Positions 7,174 through 15,314 of a stretch of DNA of 59,163 nt are shown in pieces (the stretch's first letter is position 1; each line of letters opens with the position of its first letter). A program made the position numbers and the translations under genes. This DNA is from Minisyncoccota bacterium (GTDB taxonomy: Bacteria; Patescibacteriota; Minisyncoccia; Phycocordibacterales; DATDWN01), in assembly GCA_036517395.1 (NCBI GenBank), contig DATDWN010000001.1, positions 1-59,163 of the forward strand. The letters run 5' to 3'. The notes below the pieces were generated by a model. It did no database searches and was not told the origin of the DNA. It saw nothing but the letters and a program-made list of their open reading frames with translations.

Positions 7174-7959
7174 ATGACAACAGTAAAAACATCAAAAGAT
7201 CCACAGATTTCTGACTACCTAGTGAGGGTCATGACTAATGTTGGATTATCTAAAAATCAGGCTTGTGTATACTTGGCTTGTTTGAAACTAGGGAACGCAT
7301 CTATTTGGGATATTTCTGAAACTTCTGGGGTTAAAAGAACCACCTGTTATGTGGTTATAAATGATCTGGTATCCAAAGGCATAGCTAGTGTAGGTGGAGA
7401 TAGTAAGAAAGCTATGTATTCTGTCATCAGTCCAAATGAATTTATATTTAGTTTCAAAAACAAACAAAATCAACTAGTGGAGTCAGTCAGTGAACTAAAT
7501 GCTCTAATAAGTAAAACTTATTCCAGACCTCATCTCAGAATGTTTGAAGGGATTGATGGAGTAGAACAAGCTTATAAGCTGACTCTCAATATTTCCGAGG
7601 GAAATGAAATACTAATTTATGGAAATCCTGATGTTGTTATCAATTATCAAGGCATGATTGATAATTATTTGAGACAAAGGGTGAAAGATGGAATAAAAGT
7701 CAGAGCGATTCTGCCTGATACACTACTAGCTCGAGAAGTTATAGGGAAAGACAAGGAACAATTGAGAGAAACTCGACTCCTATCGAAAAATACTTTTGAC
7801 CAACAGACAGAAATAAATATTTTACCGGATTCAATCATTTACATCGCCCATTCGGAAAATAAACCATTTGCCACGGTTATAGAAAACTCCACTTTAGCCA
7901 GAGAAGAAAAGGGAAGGTTTGAGATTTTGTGGAGTATGGCAAAACTAGAAGATGTTTGA
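7174..7959 (+). CDS. TrmB-like transcriptional regulator
   Basis: 261-aa ORF. N-terminal winged HTH (LSKNQACVYLACLKLGNASIWDISETSGVKRTTCYVVINDLVSKGI). Paralogous to 17577..18338. Confidence 0.75.
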   Translation: MTTVKTSKDPQISDYLVRVMTNVGLSKNQACVYLACLKLGNASIWDISETSGVKRTTCYVVINDLVSKGIASVGGDSKKAMYSVISPNEFIFSFKNKQNQLVESVSELNALISKTYSRPHLRMFEGIDGVEQAYKLTLNISEGNEILIYGNPDVVINYQGMIDNYLRQRVKDGIKVRAILPDTLLAREVIGKDKEQLRETRLLSKNTFDQQTEINILPDSIIYIAHSENKPFATVIENSTLAREEKGRFEILWSMAKLEDV

Positions 7960-7990
7960 CAAACATATACCCAAGTATATACTTTGGTAT

Positions 7991-8275
7991 ATGACTTCAG
8001 CAACAAACACAAAGACATTGTTAACAGTGAAAATCGATAAGAAGCTAAAATTGGCCGCGCAAAAAACCGCAAAGTACATAGGTATCCCTTTGGGTACTTT
8101 TATCAATTCCAGTTTAAAAGATTTTGTTCGTACAAAGGAAGTTAGACTTGGTGGCGAGACCCCAAATAAAAAGACCATACAAGCTATTCTACAAGCTGAA
8201 AAAGAATTTGCTCGCGGTGAATATGAAGGACCATTTACAGTTGAAGAATTGAAAAAAGAATGGAAACTAGTCTAG
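7991..8275 (+). CDS. Type II antitoxin (RelB/DinJ-like RHH)
   Basis: TVKIDKKLKLAAQKTAKYIGIPLGTFINSSLKDFV ribbon-helix-helix-like N-terminus. Directly upstream of a RelE-family toxin. Start at the internal ATG is preferred over 7952, which overlaps the TrmB gene. Confidence 0.65.
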   Translation: MTSATNTKTLLTVKIDKKLKLAAQKTAKYIGIPLGTFINSSLKDFVRTKEVRLGGETPNKKTIQAILQAEKEFARGEYEGPFTVEELKKEWKLV

Positions 8276-8287
8276 TCGTTTATTTCC

Positions 8288-8545
8288 ATGACATTTATCT
8301 ATACAAAGCAGTTTGTTAAAGATCGTAAAAAACTATCTAAACCAATACAAAATAAAATAATAGAACGCCTTGAATTATTTTTGAAAAATCCGACTCATCC
8401 TCTTCTTAATAATCATTGGCTTAATCCTCCATGGCAAGGTCACAAAAGTATAAACGTAACGGGTGATATTCGTTTGATATATAAAGATGAAGGTTTCGCC
8501 TGTCGGTTGGTGAGGGTTGGAACACATCCGCAACTTTACTCATAA
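8288..8545 (+). CDS. Type II toxin, RelE/YafQ family
   Basis: 85-aa ORF. FVKDRKKLSKPIQNKIIERLELFLKNPTHPLLNNH...GDIRLIYK...VGTH pattern is typical of RelE/YafQ mRNA interferases. Confidence 0.75.
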   Translation: MTFIYTKQFVKDRKKLSKPIQNKIIERLELFLKNPTHPLLNNHWLNPPWQGHKSINVTGDIRLIYKDEGFACRLVRVGTHPQLYS

Positions 8546-9343
8546 ATTGGAGATACCAATGTCTAACTCGATAGGACAGTGATCGGAGCCGAGGACGGAG
8601 GGGAGGATGCTGGCTGATTTGACTTTGTTTTGGAGGGTTTTACTTACGAAAATATAGTCAATTCTCCAACCAATGTTTCTCTCTCGGGCATTGGCAAAAT
8701 GACTCCACCATGTATAGTGACCGGCGCCTTTTGTGAACATGCGAAAGGTATCGAGAAAACCCGCGTCAATCATTTTCTCTATTCCTTCGCGCTCTTCCGC
8801 GGTAAACCCCTTTTTACCAATATTTTCTTTTGGCCGAGCCAGGTCGTCCTCTGTGTAAGCCACATTTAAATCGCCACAAAATATTACCGGCTTTTTATTA
8901 TCAAGCTCTTTGACATATTCTAAAAATGCAGGGTCCCAGTGTTTGTGTCGGAGGGGGATTCGAGACAGGTCCTCTTTTGCATTAGGCGTATAGACAGTGA
9001 CTAAATAAAAATCTTTGAATTCTGCTGTTATGACACGCCCCTCGCTATTTGGGTCGCCATATTTATCCTCCATTCTGTATTTTTTTGTAATATTTTCCGG
9101 CAGACCCAAAATAGCTGACAAGGGTTTGTGCTTTGTGAAAATTGCCGTGCCACTATATCCAGCTCTTGAAGCAGAGTTCCAGTACTCCTCATACTCTGGC
9201 AAATCCACCTCACTCTGCTCTTGTTGAGCCTTGGTTTCCTGTAAACAAATAATATCCGGCTTATACTTCTCCACAAAAGGCACAAAAAGCCCTTTCTTGT
9301 AAACTGCCCGTATGCCATTTACATTCCAAGAGATAATTCGCAT
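8540..9343 (-). CDS. xth: Exodeoxyribonuclease III
   Basis: 267-aa ORF. MRIISWNVNGIRA...ICLQETK...GDLNVA...SDHCPI signature of the EEP/ExoIII family. Confidence 0.9.
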   Translation of the reverse strand: MRIISWNVNGIRAVYKKGLFVPFVEKYKPDIICLQETKAQQEQSEVDLPEYEEYWNSASRAGYSGTAIFTKHKPLSAILGLPENITKKYRMEDKYGDPNSEGRVITAEFKDFYLVTVYTPNAKEDLSRIPLRHKHWDPAFLEYVKELDNKKPVIFCGDLNVAYTEDDLARPKENIGKKGFTAEEREGIEKMIDAGFLDTFRMFTKGAGHYTWWSHFANARERNIGWRIDYIFVSKTLQNKVKSASILPSVLGSDHCPIELDIGISNL

Positions 9344-9458
9344 ATGAAATAGTCTACCATAATCAAAACAACACTAGATCTCATAGAATCACTTCTCGCC
9401 CCGTACCGAGATCAGCTCTGGTACTGGGGTTCCAAGAAATGATTTTCATTACAGATTT

Positions 9459-9791
9459 TTAGTAATAAAAGACCTCGTTTAATGAATAGAAAATATCTTT
9501 CAACTGTTCGCCGGTGATTTCACCTATTTTTTTAATCATTCTTTCTTTTGATATGGTCCGGATTTGAAAAGTTATAATTTCAGAATTTTCGCTTAGTTTA
9601 TTGACTTTGTCTTTTGTTAGACTAACACAACCTGCATAATTTTTTATTTTACTTGAAATGGGACAAACAATGTAGACACCCAAGTTTTTATTCATGGCAT
9701 TTCCAGAAATAATAACCACAGGTCTTTTGCCCTTCTGCTCCTTGCCCTTTGTTGGGTTAAGATCTGCTAAATAAATATCTTTTTGAAGCAT
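9459..9791 (-). CDS. Type II toxin, MazF/PemK family
   Basis: 110-aa ORF. DIYLADLNPTKGKEQKGKRPVVIIS...CPISSK is typical of PemK/MazF. Confidence 0.8.
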   Translation of the reverse strand: MLQKDIYLADLNPTKGKEQKGKRPVVIISGNAMNKNLGVYIVCPISSKIKNYAGCVSLTKDKVNKLSENSEIITFQIRTISKERMIKKIGEITGEQLKDIFYSLNEVFYY

Positions 9792-9793
9792 AT

Positions 9794-10042
9794 TTATTTT
9801 TCGAGATAAGTAAGCTGTTTAAAATAATCTCCTAGGCCGTCTTCGGCCATTTCTTTTATATCTTTATCCATGGAAGCTCTTTTGAAAGAAGAAGTGTACT
9901 CTTTCCTACGAGCTGACTTGCGAAACTCTGTCAGAGCTGTCTCTAAAACAACCCTCATCGTCACTTTTTTTGAAGCCGAGTATTTTTCCATCCATGCCAT
10001 AAGATCAGGCGACAAATTGTTTGTGAAAGTTATAGATTTCAT
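9794..10042 (-). CDS. Cognate antitoxin (RHH/CopG-like)
   Basis: 82-aa ORF ending 2 nt before the MazF-like start. Confidence 0.6.
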   Translation of the reverse strand: MKSITFTNNLSPDLMAWMEKYSASKKVTMRVVLETALTEFRKSARRKEYTSSFKRASMDKDIKEMAEDGLGDYFKQLTYLEK

Positions 10043-10207
10043 ATGATATTTATGATTTATACTTATAGAACATATTTATTATACGCAAATATAATAAATA
10101 TGCAAACTTTATAAAGTTGCTTTTTTTGTTTTACTTTAATAAAAGAAAATCCGCCTCCGATGAGAGAGGTGAACCTCTCCCGCTCGAAAGCGGACGAATG
10201 GGGCGGG

Positions 10208-10342
10208 TCAGAAAAAGCCGAAGACCCTACCATCACGAGCCAAGAGCTTGTTCGGTCGCCAGCACGTCACATACCACTCGAGGTAACGGACTGAACACAT
10301 AAAGCTGTGAAGTCGATCTCGGGGTGTGAGAATGCTACTCAT
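10208..10342 (-). CDS. 44-aa Cys/Trp/Arg-rich small ORF in a GC-rich island (tentative)
   Basis: Not in the ORF track (<60 aa). SD GGGAGG 5 nt upstream of ATG 10342. MSSILTPRDRLHSFMCSVRYLEWYVTCWRPNKLLARDGRVFGFF. Followed by a branched GC-rich hairpin and T-run (10141..10207). Confidence 0.35.
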   Translation of the reverse strand: MSSILTPRDRLHSFMCSVRYLEWYVTCWRPNKLLARDGRVFGFF

Positions 10343-10507
10343 ACAAACCTCCCGATATATAGTAACACAAGAAAACCAGAACTAACCTTTGTTCAGAAAT
10401 CAGGAAAACTGCTTTAGATGCTAGGCGGGTGAAATTTTATTTGCGAGCCGTACTTGTCGTACGGTGAGAAAATAAAATTGAAACACAACAACGCAAATGA
10501 AGTAGTT

Positions 10508-11446
10508 TTACTGATTTCTGTTGTGAAATTTCTTGTGTATATCGCGAAGGTGCTTATCCGTCACATGAGTATAAATCTGCGTCGTTATAATACTTGAATG
10601 ACCCAAAAGGGCCTGGACAGAGCGGATGTCTGCGCCGTTTGAAAGCAAGTCTGTGGCAAAAAGATGCCTTAGGGTGTGAGGAGTTACCCTTCTCGAAATG
10701 CCAGATTTGATAGCGTGCTCTTTTACGATTCTCTCGATTGATCTTTTGTTTATTGGCCCTACTGCTGTCATAGCTTGCACCTTGTGCCCTCGGTTTTCTA
10801 TCGGGAGTCTCACAAAAAGCGCATCACTCATATCTTTACGCACAGCCAAATAATCCCTGACGGCTTTCTTGGCTTCATCGGACAGAAAAACCACCCGCAC
10901 TTTGCCACCTTTGCCACGAATAGATAGCTCATCTGATTTTAGATTTATATCTGAAGTCAAAGAACATAGCTCGGAGAGGCGTAGACCGGTGGAAAATAAA
11001 AGTTCGAGGACGGCTTTATCGCGCAGATTTTTTATATCATTGCCTTTTGGAGAGTCAAGTAGACGCTGAAGTTCTGCGGGTGTTATTAAATCAAGAGATC
11101 TTTCTCCAACTTTTGCCAGTTCTATTCGTTCTGGTTGAAGAGATTTGATTTCCTGTCTGGCTAAATATTTTAGAAAGGCTCGAAGAGCGATGAGATAATA
11201 GTTTTGAGTTTTTTTGGAAAGAGTCTCCGATTTTAATTTGTTGTGTCCCGTCGGCTGTCGGTTAAGCCAGAGTCGAAACTCACGGACGGAGTCTGGGGTG
11301 ATTTTGGAAGGGTCGTCATTTTTTAAAAAGTCCAGAAATCGGCCGAGCTGGTGATTGTAATTTTCAATCGTTTTGAAAGAGCGGCCTTTTTCTATCTCGA
11401 TGTATTCTAGAAATTGACGCTTGAGTTTTGACAGAGATTGGGACAT
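10508..11446 (-). CDS. Tyrosine recombinase XerC/XerD family
   Basis: C-terminal catalytic residues in context (RLSEL...HTLRHLFAT...LLGHSSIITTQIYTHV). Start at MSQSLSKLK (11446) avoids overlap with the upstream gene. Confidence 0.85.
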   Translation of the reverse strand: MSQSLSKLKRQFLEYIEIEKGRSFKTIENYNHQLGRFLDFLKNDDPSKITPDSVREFRLWLNRQPTGHNKLKSETLSKKTQNYYLIALRAFLKYLARQEIKSLQPERIELAKVGERSLDLITPAELQRLLDSPKGNDIKNLRDKAVLELLFSTGLRLSELCSLTSDINLKSDELSIRGKGGKVRVVFLSDEAKKAVRDYLAVRKDMSDALFVRLPIENRGHKVQAMTAVGPINKRSIERIVKEHAIKSGISRRVTPHTLRHLFATDLLSNGADIRSVQALLGHSSIITTQIYTHVTDKHLRDIHKKFHNRNQ

Positions 11447-11447
11447 G

Positions 11448-12011
11448 CTATTTTTGTGGAGCAAAACCAATTTTATTTTTTGGTTTTTCTTTTTCTGTGA
11501 TTAACTGACGAATAGCGTCAAAAACAGCGCTGAACTGATGGTCATATTTCTTCTCTAAATCGTCCAACCTACGGGCAATATCTTTGTGCGATAGCATTAA
11601 TTGACGAATCCGAACAAAAACACGCATGATAGCAATGTTCACTTCGATTGCCTTGTTGCTGTTCAAAACACTGGAAAGCATGGCCACACCTTGTTCTGTA
11701 AAAACATATGGCAAGTAGCGTCTTCCACCGTAATCCAAACTTGAGGTCGCAATTTGCGACCTCAAGTTCAAGGTCACAAATCGTGATCTTGAAGAAATAA
11801 GATCCTCAGTTTCTTTTATACTAAGTTGAAACATAAAATCTTTTGGAAATCTTTTTTTATTTCTTTTGACCGCCTCGTTTAATCTTTTGGTTGATACTCC
11901 ATACAGTTTGGCCAAATCACTATCCAACATGACTTTATGCCCACGAATAAAATATATTTTTCTTTCGATAAATTCAGTCGGAACTAGGGATTTAGAATTG
12001 TTTTTTAGCAT
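11448..12011 (-). CDS. ORF6N (KilA-N-like) domain protein
   Basis: IERKIYFIRGHKVMLDSDLAKLYGVSTKRLNEAVKRNKKRFPKDFMFQL...GGRRYLPYVFTEQGVAMLSSVL. Paralog of 33836..34408. Confidence 0.8.
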   Translation of the reverse strand: MLKNNSKSLVPTEFIERKIYFIRGHKVMLDSDLAKLYGVSTKRLNEAVKRNKKRFPKDFMFQLSIKETEDLISSRSRFVTLNLRSQIATSSLDYGGRRYLPYVFTEQGVAMLSSVLNSNKAIEVNIAIMRVFVRIRQLMLSHKDIARRLDDLEKKYDHQFSAVFDAIRQLITEKEKPKNKIGFAPQK

Positions 12012-12105
12012 ATTATCTATTATAGCAAATATTGTGCGACGTTAGTATGTTGCACAATATTTGCGACGTTGGTATTTCAGACAAACGAAAAGGCCGTCTC
12101 CTTCC

Positions 12106-12381
12106 TCATGAGAGACGACCTGTGAAATAGAGCACCGCCAGCGCGCCGGCGATAGCCCCGAGAACGAACTCGTGGTGCTCGCGCCACGCCCAGCGCATGA
12201 AGCGGGTGATCTGCCGTCGGGCGAAACCGAAACCCCGACGCAGTTCCCTCCGATACGCGCCGTGAGCCCTCGGACCCATGGCCCTCATCAAGAAGTCGAG
12301 GCCGACTAACATGATGAGGATGGTGAGTGAGAAAACCACGAGCTGGTTGGCGATCGGACTGGTTACCATGATGACCTCCAT
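12106..12381 (-). CDS. Small GC-rich two-TM membrane protein, unknown function
   Basis: Promoter TTGACT (12415..12410), 17 nt, TATCAT (12392..12387). Start is ATG 12381 (near the predicted TSS, possibly leaderless) or ATG 12369 preceded by GGAGG. Two hydrophobic helices flank an Arg-rich loop. The stop overlaps a terminator hairpin (GGTCGTCTC...GAGACGGCC TTTT). Confidence 0.6.
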   Translation of the reverse strand: MEVIMVTSPIANQLVVFSLTILIMLVGLDFLMRAMGPRAHGAYRRELRRGFGFARRQITRFMRWAWREHHEFVLGAIAGALAVLYFTGRLS

Positions 12382-12489
12382 TTATTATGATATCATATAT
12401 AAAGTATAAAGTCAAGTGCAGGATTTAGATAAAAATGGGATTAAAAAATCGTCTTGCAAAGGGAAAATTTTTGTGATATCCTTAGTCCA

Positions 12490-12756
12490 ATGTTAACCAA
12501 GACAAAAAAATCAAAAATCGTCAGGGATGTTCAGATTCACGACACAGACACGGGTTCTCCTGAGGTGCAGATTGCTATTTTGACCAAGCGAATTGACGAG
12601 CTTGCTCTTCATTTGAAAAAAAATGCCAAGGATAATCACTCACGAAGAGGACTTTTGCAAATGGTTGCCGACAGAAAAGCTCACATGAAATATCTTGAGA
12701 AGAAAAATCCTAGACGATATAATGCACTAACAAAGAAAATCGGTTTAAAGAAATAG
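12490..12756 (+). CDS. rpsO: 30S ribosomal protein S15
   Basis: MLTKTKKSKIV...DTGSPEVQIAILTKRIDELALHLKKNAKDNHSRRGLLQMV. Start at the internal ATG of ORF 12454..12756. Confidence 0.9.
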   Translation: MLTKTKKSKIVRDVQIHDTDTGSPEVQIAILTKRIDELALHLKKNAKDNHSRRGLLQMVADRKAHMKYLEKKNPRRYNALTKKIGLKK

Positions 12757-12930
12757 TTTCTCAAATTATTCTAATTGTTTTAATTGACCTAATTAACCTA
12801 AATAAACCGCAATCACCAAGCCCGAATGTTCAATTGGGTTTTTAAGTAGTATGATTAATGTATTATTGGAGTTTGTTTATTTTTAGAGTAATTAGAATAA
12901 TTAGGTTAATTAGAAATTTACATATTTTAT

Positions 12931-13473
12931 ATGTCAGTTATAAAACACAAAAATCAGAGGGTTGGTATTTTTATTGATACGCAGAATTTGTATCATTGTG
13001 CCAAAAATATTTATGGAGCAAAAGTGAACTTCGACCAAGTGGTCAAAGACGGACTGGCGGGTAGATCTCTCACTCGAGCAGTCGCCTATGTCACAACGAC
13101 AGAAAGTGGTGAGGAAAAAAACTTTTTTGATGCGCTTAGTAAAATGGGCATCGAAACAAAAACAAAAAATCTTCAGATATTTGCCGGTGGATCGAAAAAG
13201 GCAAACTGGGATATTGACCTTGCACTCGATGCGATTAAACTGGCACCAAAACTCGACTCGGTCATTCTGGTAACGGGTGATGGGGATTTTGTCCCGCTAG
13301 TTGAATATTTACAAAATGTTGGATGCCAAGTGGAGGTGATGTCATTTGGAAAAGCAACGTCAGCAAAACTTATAGAAGCTTGCGGCGACTTCATAGATCT
13401 CGACGAAAATCCACGGAAATATCTCATAGGATTTGGTGGGCCTAGGCGAAATCGCAAGCCACTGTTGCAATAA
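12931..13473 (+). CDS. NYN/LabA-like domain protein
   Basis: RVGIFIDTQNLYH...VILVTGDGDFVPLVEYLQNVGCQVEVMSF is typical of LabA/DUF88 NYN nucleases. Confidence 0.75.
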   Translation: MSVIKHKNQRVGIFIDTQNLYHCAKNIYGAKVNFDQVVKDGLAGRSLTRAVAYVTTTESGEEKNFFDALSKMGIETKTKNLQIFAGGSKKANWDIDLALDAIKLAPKLDSVILVTGDGDFVPLVEYLQNVGCQVEVMSFGKATSAKLIEACGDFIDLDENPRKYLIGFGGPRRNRKPLLQ

Positions 13474-13500
13474 GAGACCCAAGCCAACAGCACCGAGGTC

Positions 13501-13529
13501 TTGCCTTTTATAAAACATTCATATAGAAT
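13501..13529 (+). promoter_or_regulatory. Sigma70-like promoter of the 13.5 kb small RNA
   Basis: TTGCCT (13501..13506), 17-nt spacer, TAGAAT (13524..13529). Confidence 0.45.
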
Positions 13530-13536
13530 TAATTAT

Positions 13537-13751
13537 TCTTCAGGGCGACCCCAGAGAGGAAGGTGTGGTCTCATGGTGACCTCCTCACACCTTCCTCCGA
13601 GGGGTTTCCTCAGAGGCGTTCCTTGCAGTTTCGTCTACATTCGTCGTCGCTCTCCAGCGCGGGTTGTCCTATCGAGGGCGGCCCCTGTACTAGAACAAAG
13701 TTCAGTACAGGACCAGCCCTGTATCGAGCTCGCTCTGATACAGGGTTTTTT
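13537..13751 (+). ncRNA. Unclassified ~215-nt GC-rich RNA (stand-alone sRNA or 5' leader)
   Basis: 12-bp hairpin GAGGAAGGTGTG...CACACCTTCCTC, hairpin CTGTAC...GTACAG, then terminator CCCTGTATC-GAGCTCGCTCT-GATACAGGG-TTTTTT (13717..13751). The overlapping ORFs lack support. Confidence 0.45.
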
Positions 13752-13782
13752 CGTTGTGAAAATTCTGTTATAATAATTACAA

Positions 13783-14652
13783 ATGCCTGAAGATAAAATT
13801 CCAGAAACCTCGCCCAAACCTCAGTTTAAATCCCTCCGAACATATAAAGGAGATGTGGAGGAAGCTATAACAAAAAACAACTATTCTACTAGCTCTATTT
13901 TTCTGGCGGAACAGAAGAAAAAAGATTCCACCCTTATTGTTCCCCAGAAGCCGGAGAGTGGAGCCAGAAATAAGTTTTTTATTCTTGTCGGAGGAATACT
14001 TTTGTTGCTTGGAATAGTGACCCTAGCCAGTATATTTTTCTTAAAATCAAACCAGAAAGAAGTAGTCATCAAAAGTGAGGCAAAAACTATTACCACTTTC
14101 TCAAAGGAGAAAATCCTGCCTATAGTAAACGTGTCTCGTGACAATCTGATAGGCAGTATTCTCTCGGAAAAACAATCTTTTAACTTGCCAGTGAATTCAC
14201 TATTATATATCAACACCATAAATGCCTCTAGTACGCCAGCCGATGTTTCTTTTTTACTTTCCATTCTGGCGCCAAGCATGCCACCGTCCCTTGTCAGGTC
14301 TTTTGACGCGGATTACATGCTCGGAATATATTCTTTTGACACAAACGAAGTGTTTCTAATCCTGCGAACCAGTGATTACGCCTCGAGTTTTGCCGGAATG
14401 CTCAAGTGGGAGGAGAACATACCAAGCGATTTTGTTAGATTGTTCTCGATTCCTGAAAATTACTCCACCACAACTAGAGTATTCAAGGACGAATCATTAA
14501 AAAACAAGGACCTCCGAGTGCTAAAAGATGAGAGTGGCAAAAGCGTAATCTTGTACTCGTTTATAGATAGAAATACTTTATTAATCACAAAAAACGAGAG
14601 TATATTCGGGGCGATTCTGAGTAAATATTTCATTAGCAAACAGACGAGATAA
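13783..14652 (+). CDS. Single-pass membrane protein, unknown function
   Basis: 289-aa ORF with a TM helix FFILVGGILLLLGIVTLASIFFL. Confidence 0.7.
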   Translation: MPEDKIPETSPKPQFKSLRTYKGDVEEAITKNNYSTSSIFLAEQKKKDSTLIVPQKPESGARNKFFILVGGILLLLGIVTLASIFFLKSNQKEVVIKSEAKTITTFSKEKILPIVNVSRDNLIGSILSEKQSFNLPVNSLLYINTINASSTPADVSFLLSILAPSMPPSLVRSFDADYMLGIYSFDTNEVFLILRTSDYASSFAGMLKWEENIPSDFVRLFSIPENYSTTTRVFKDESLKNKDLRVLKDESGKSVILYSFIDRNTLLITKNESIFGAILSKYFISKQTR

Positions 14653-14668
14653 TTGCTATAATTGGTTC

Positions 14669-15025
14669 ATGGAAAATATACAACATTTCAAAGATTTATT
14701 GGAGGAGGAAAAACTGAAAATCGAAGGGGAGCTGCGAAGCATTGGCCGACCGAGCGATACAAATCCAGCCGACTGGGAGATTAAAGAGTCTGGTGAGGGA
14801 GAGGAAGCAGAAGAGGGAGATATTGCTGAAAACATCGAAAAACAAGAAGACGATAATGCTGTTATAAATCAACTAGAAAAACAACTAGTGGATGTGAGAA
14901 GTGCGCTCTCAAAAATAGAAAATGGAACGTATGGTGTTTGTGAAGTTGGAGGTGAAGCTATTGAATTAGACCGACTGGAAGCAAACCCCTCGGCAAAGAC
15001 TTGCAAGACGCATATGAATTCTTGA
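14669..15025 (+). CDS. DksA/TraR-type zinc-finger protein
   Basis: Acidic coiled N-terminus and C-terminal GTYGVCEVGGEAIELDRLEANPSAKTCKTH zinc-finger-like segment. Confidence 0.7.
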   Translation: MENIQHFKDLLEEEKLKIEGELRSIGRPSDTNPADWEIKESGEGEEAEEGDIAENIEKQEDDNAVINQLEKQLVDVRSALSKIENGTYGVCEVGGEAIELDRLEANPSAKTCKTHMNS

Positions 15026-15030
15026 TGGCA

Positions 15031-15152
15031 CAAAATCTCTTTCTCACCATAACCTTTTTAGAGCACGCATAATTTCTGGGCTAGAAATTTGCTCACTCTC
15101 CCGCCGCCGCGGTCCGAGAGTCTCTAAAAAGGTTATGAATGAGACGAGATTT
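15031..15152. repeat. Long imperfect intergenic hairpin element with a GC-rich core
   Basis: Arms CAAAATCTCTTTCTCACCATAACCTTTTTAGAG / CTCTAAAAAGGTTATGAATGAGACGAGATTTTA. The first 18 nt recur exactly, inverted, at 38026..38043. Confidence 0.7.
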
Positions 15153-15314
15153 TATTTGGTGGTACAATTACACATGAACTAGAACTGATATTTTTGAAGA
15201 TTTTTGTTCTAGTTCGAAGCTCGCAAGTTTTGTTTGTGACCAAGCTGTATAGAAATACTGCGCATGGAGCAAACAAAACTGAGAGCGAAGAAATCGGACA
15301 AAAAGATCAAAAAT

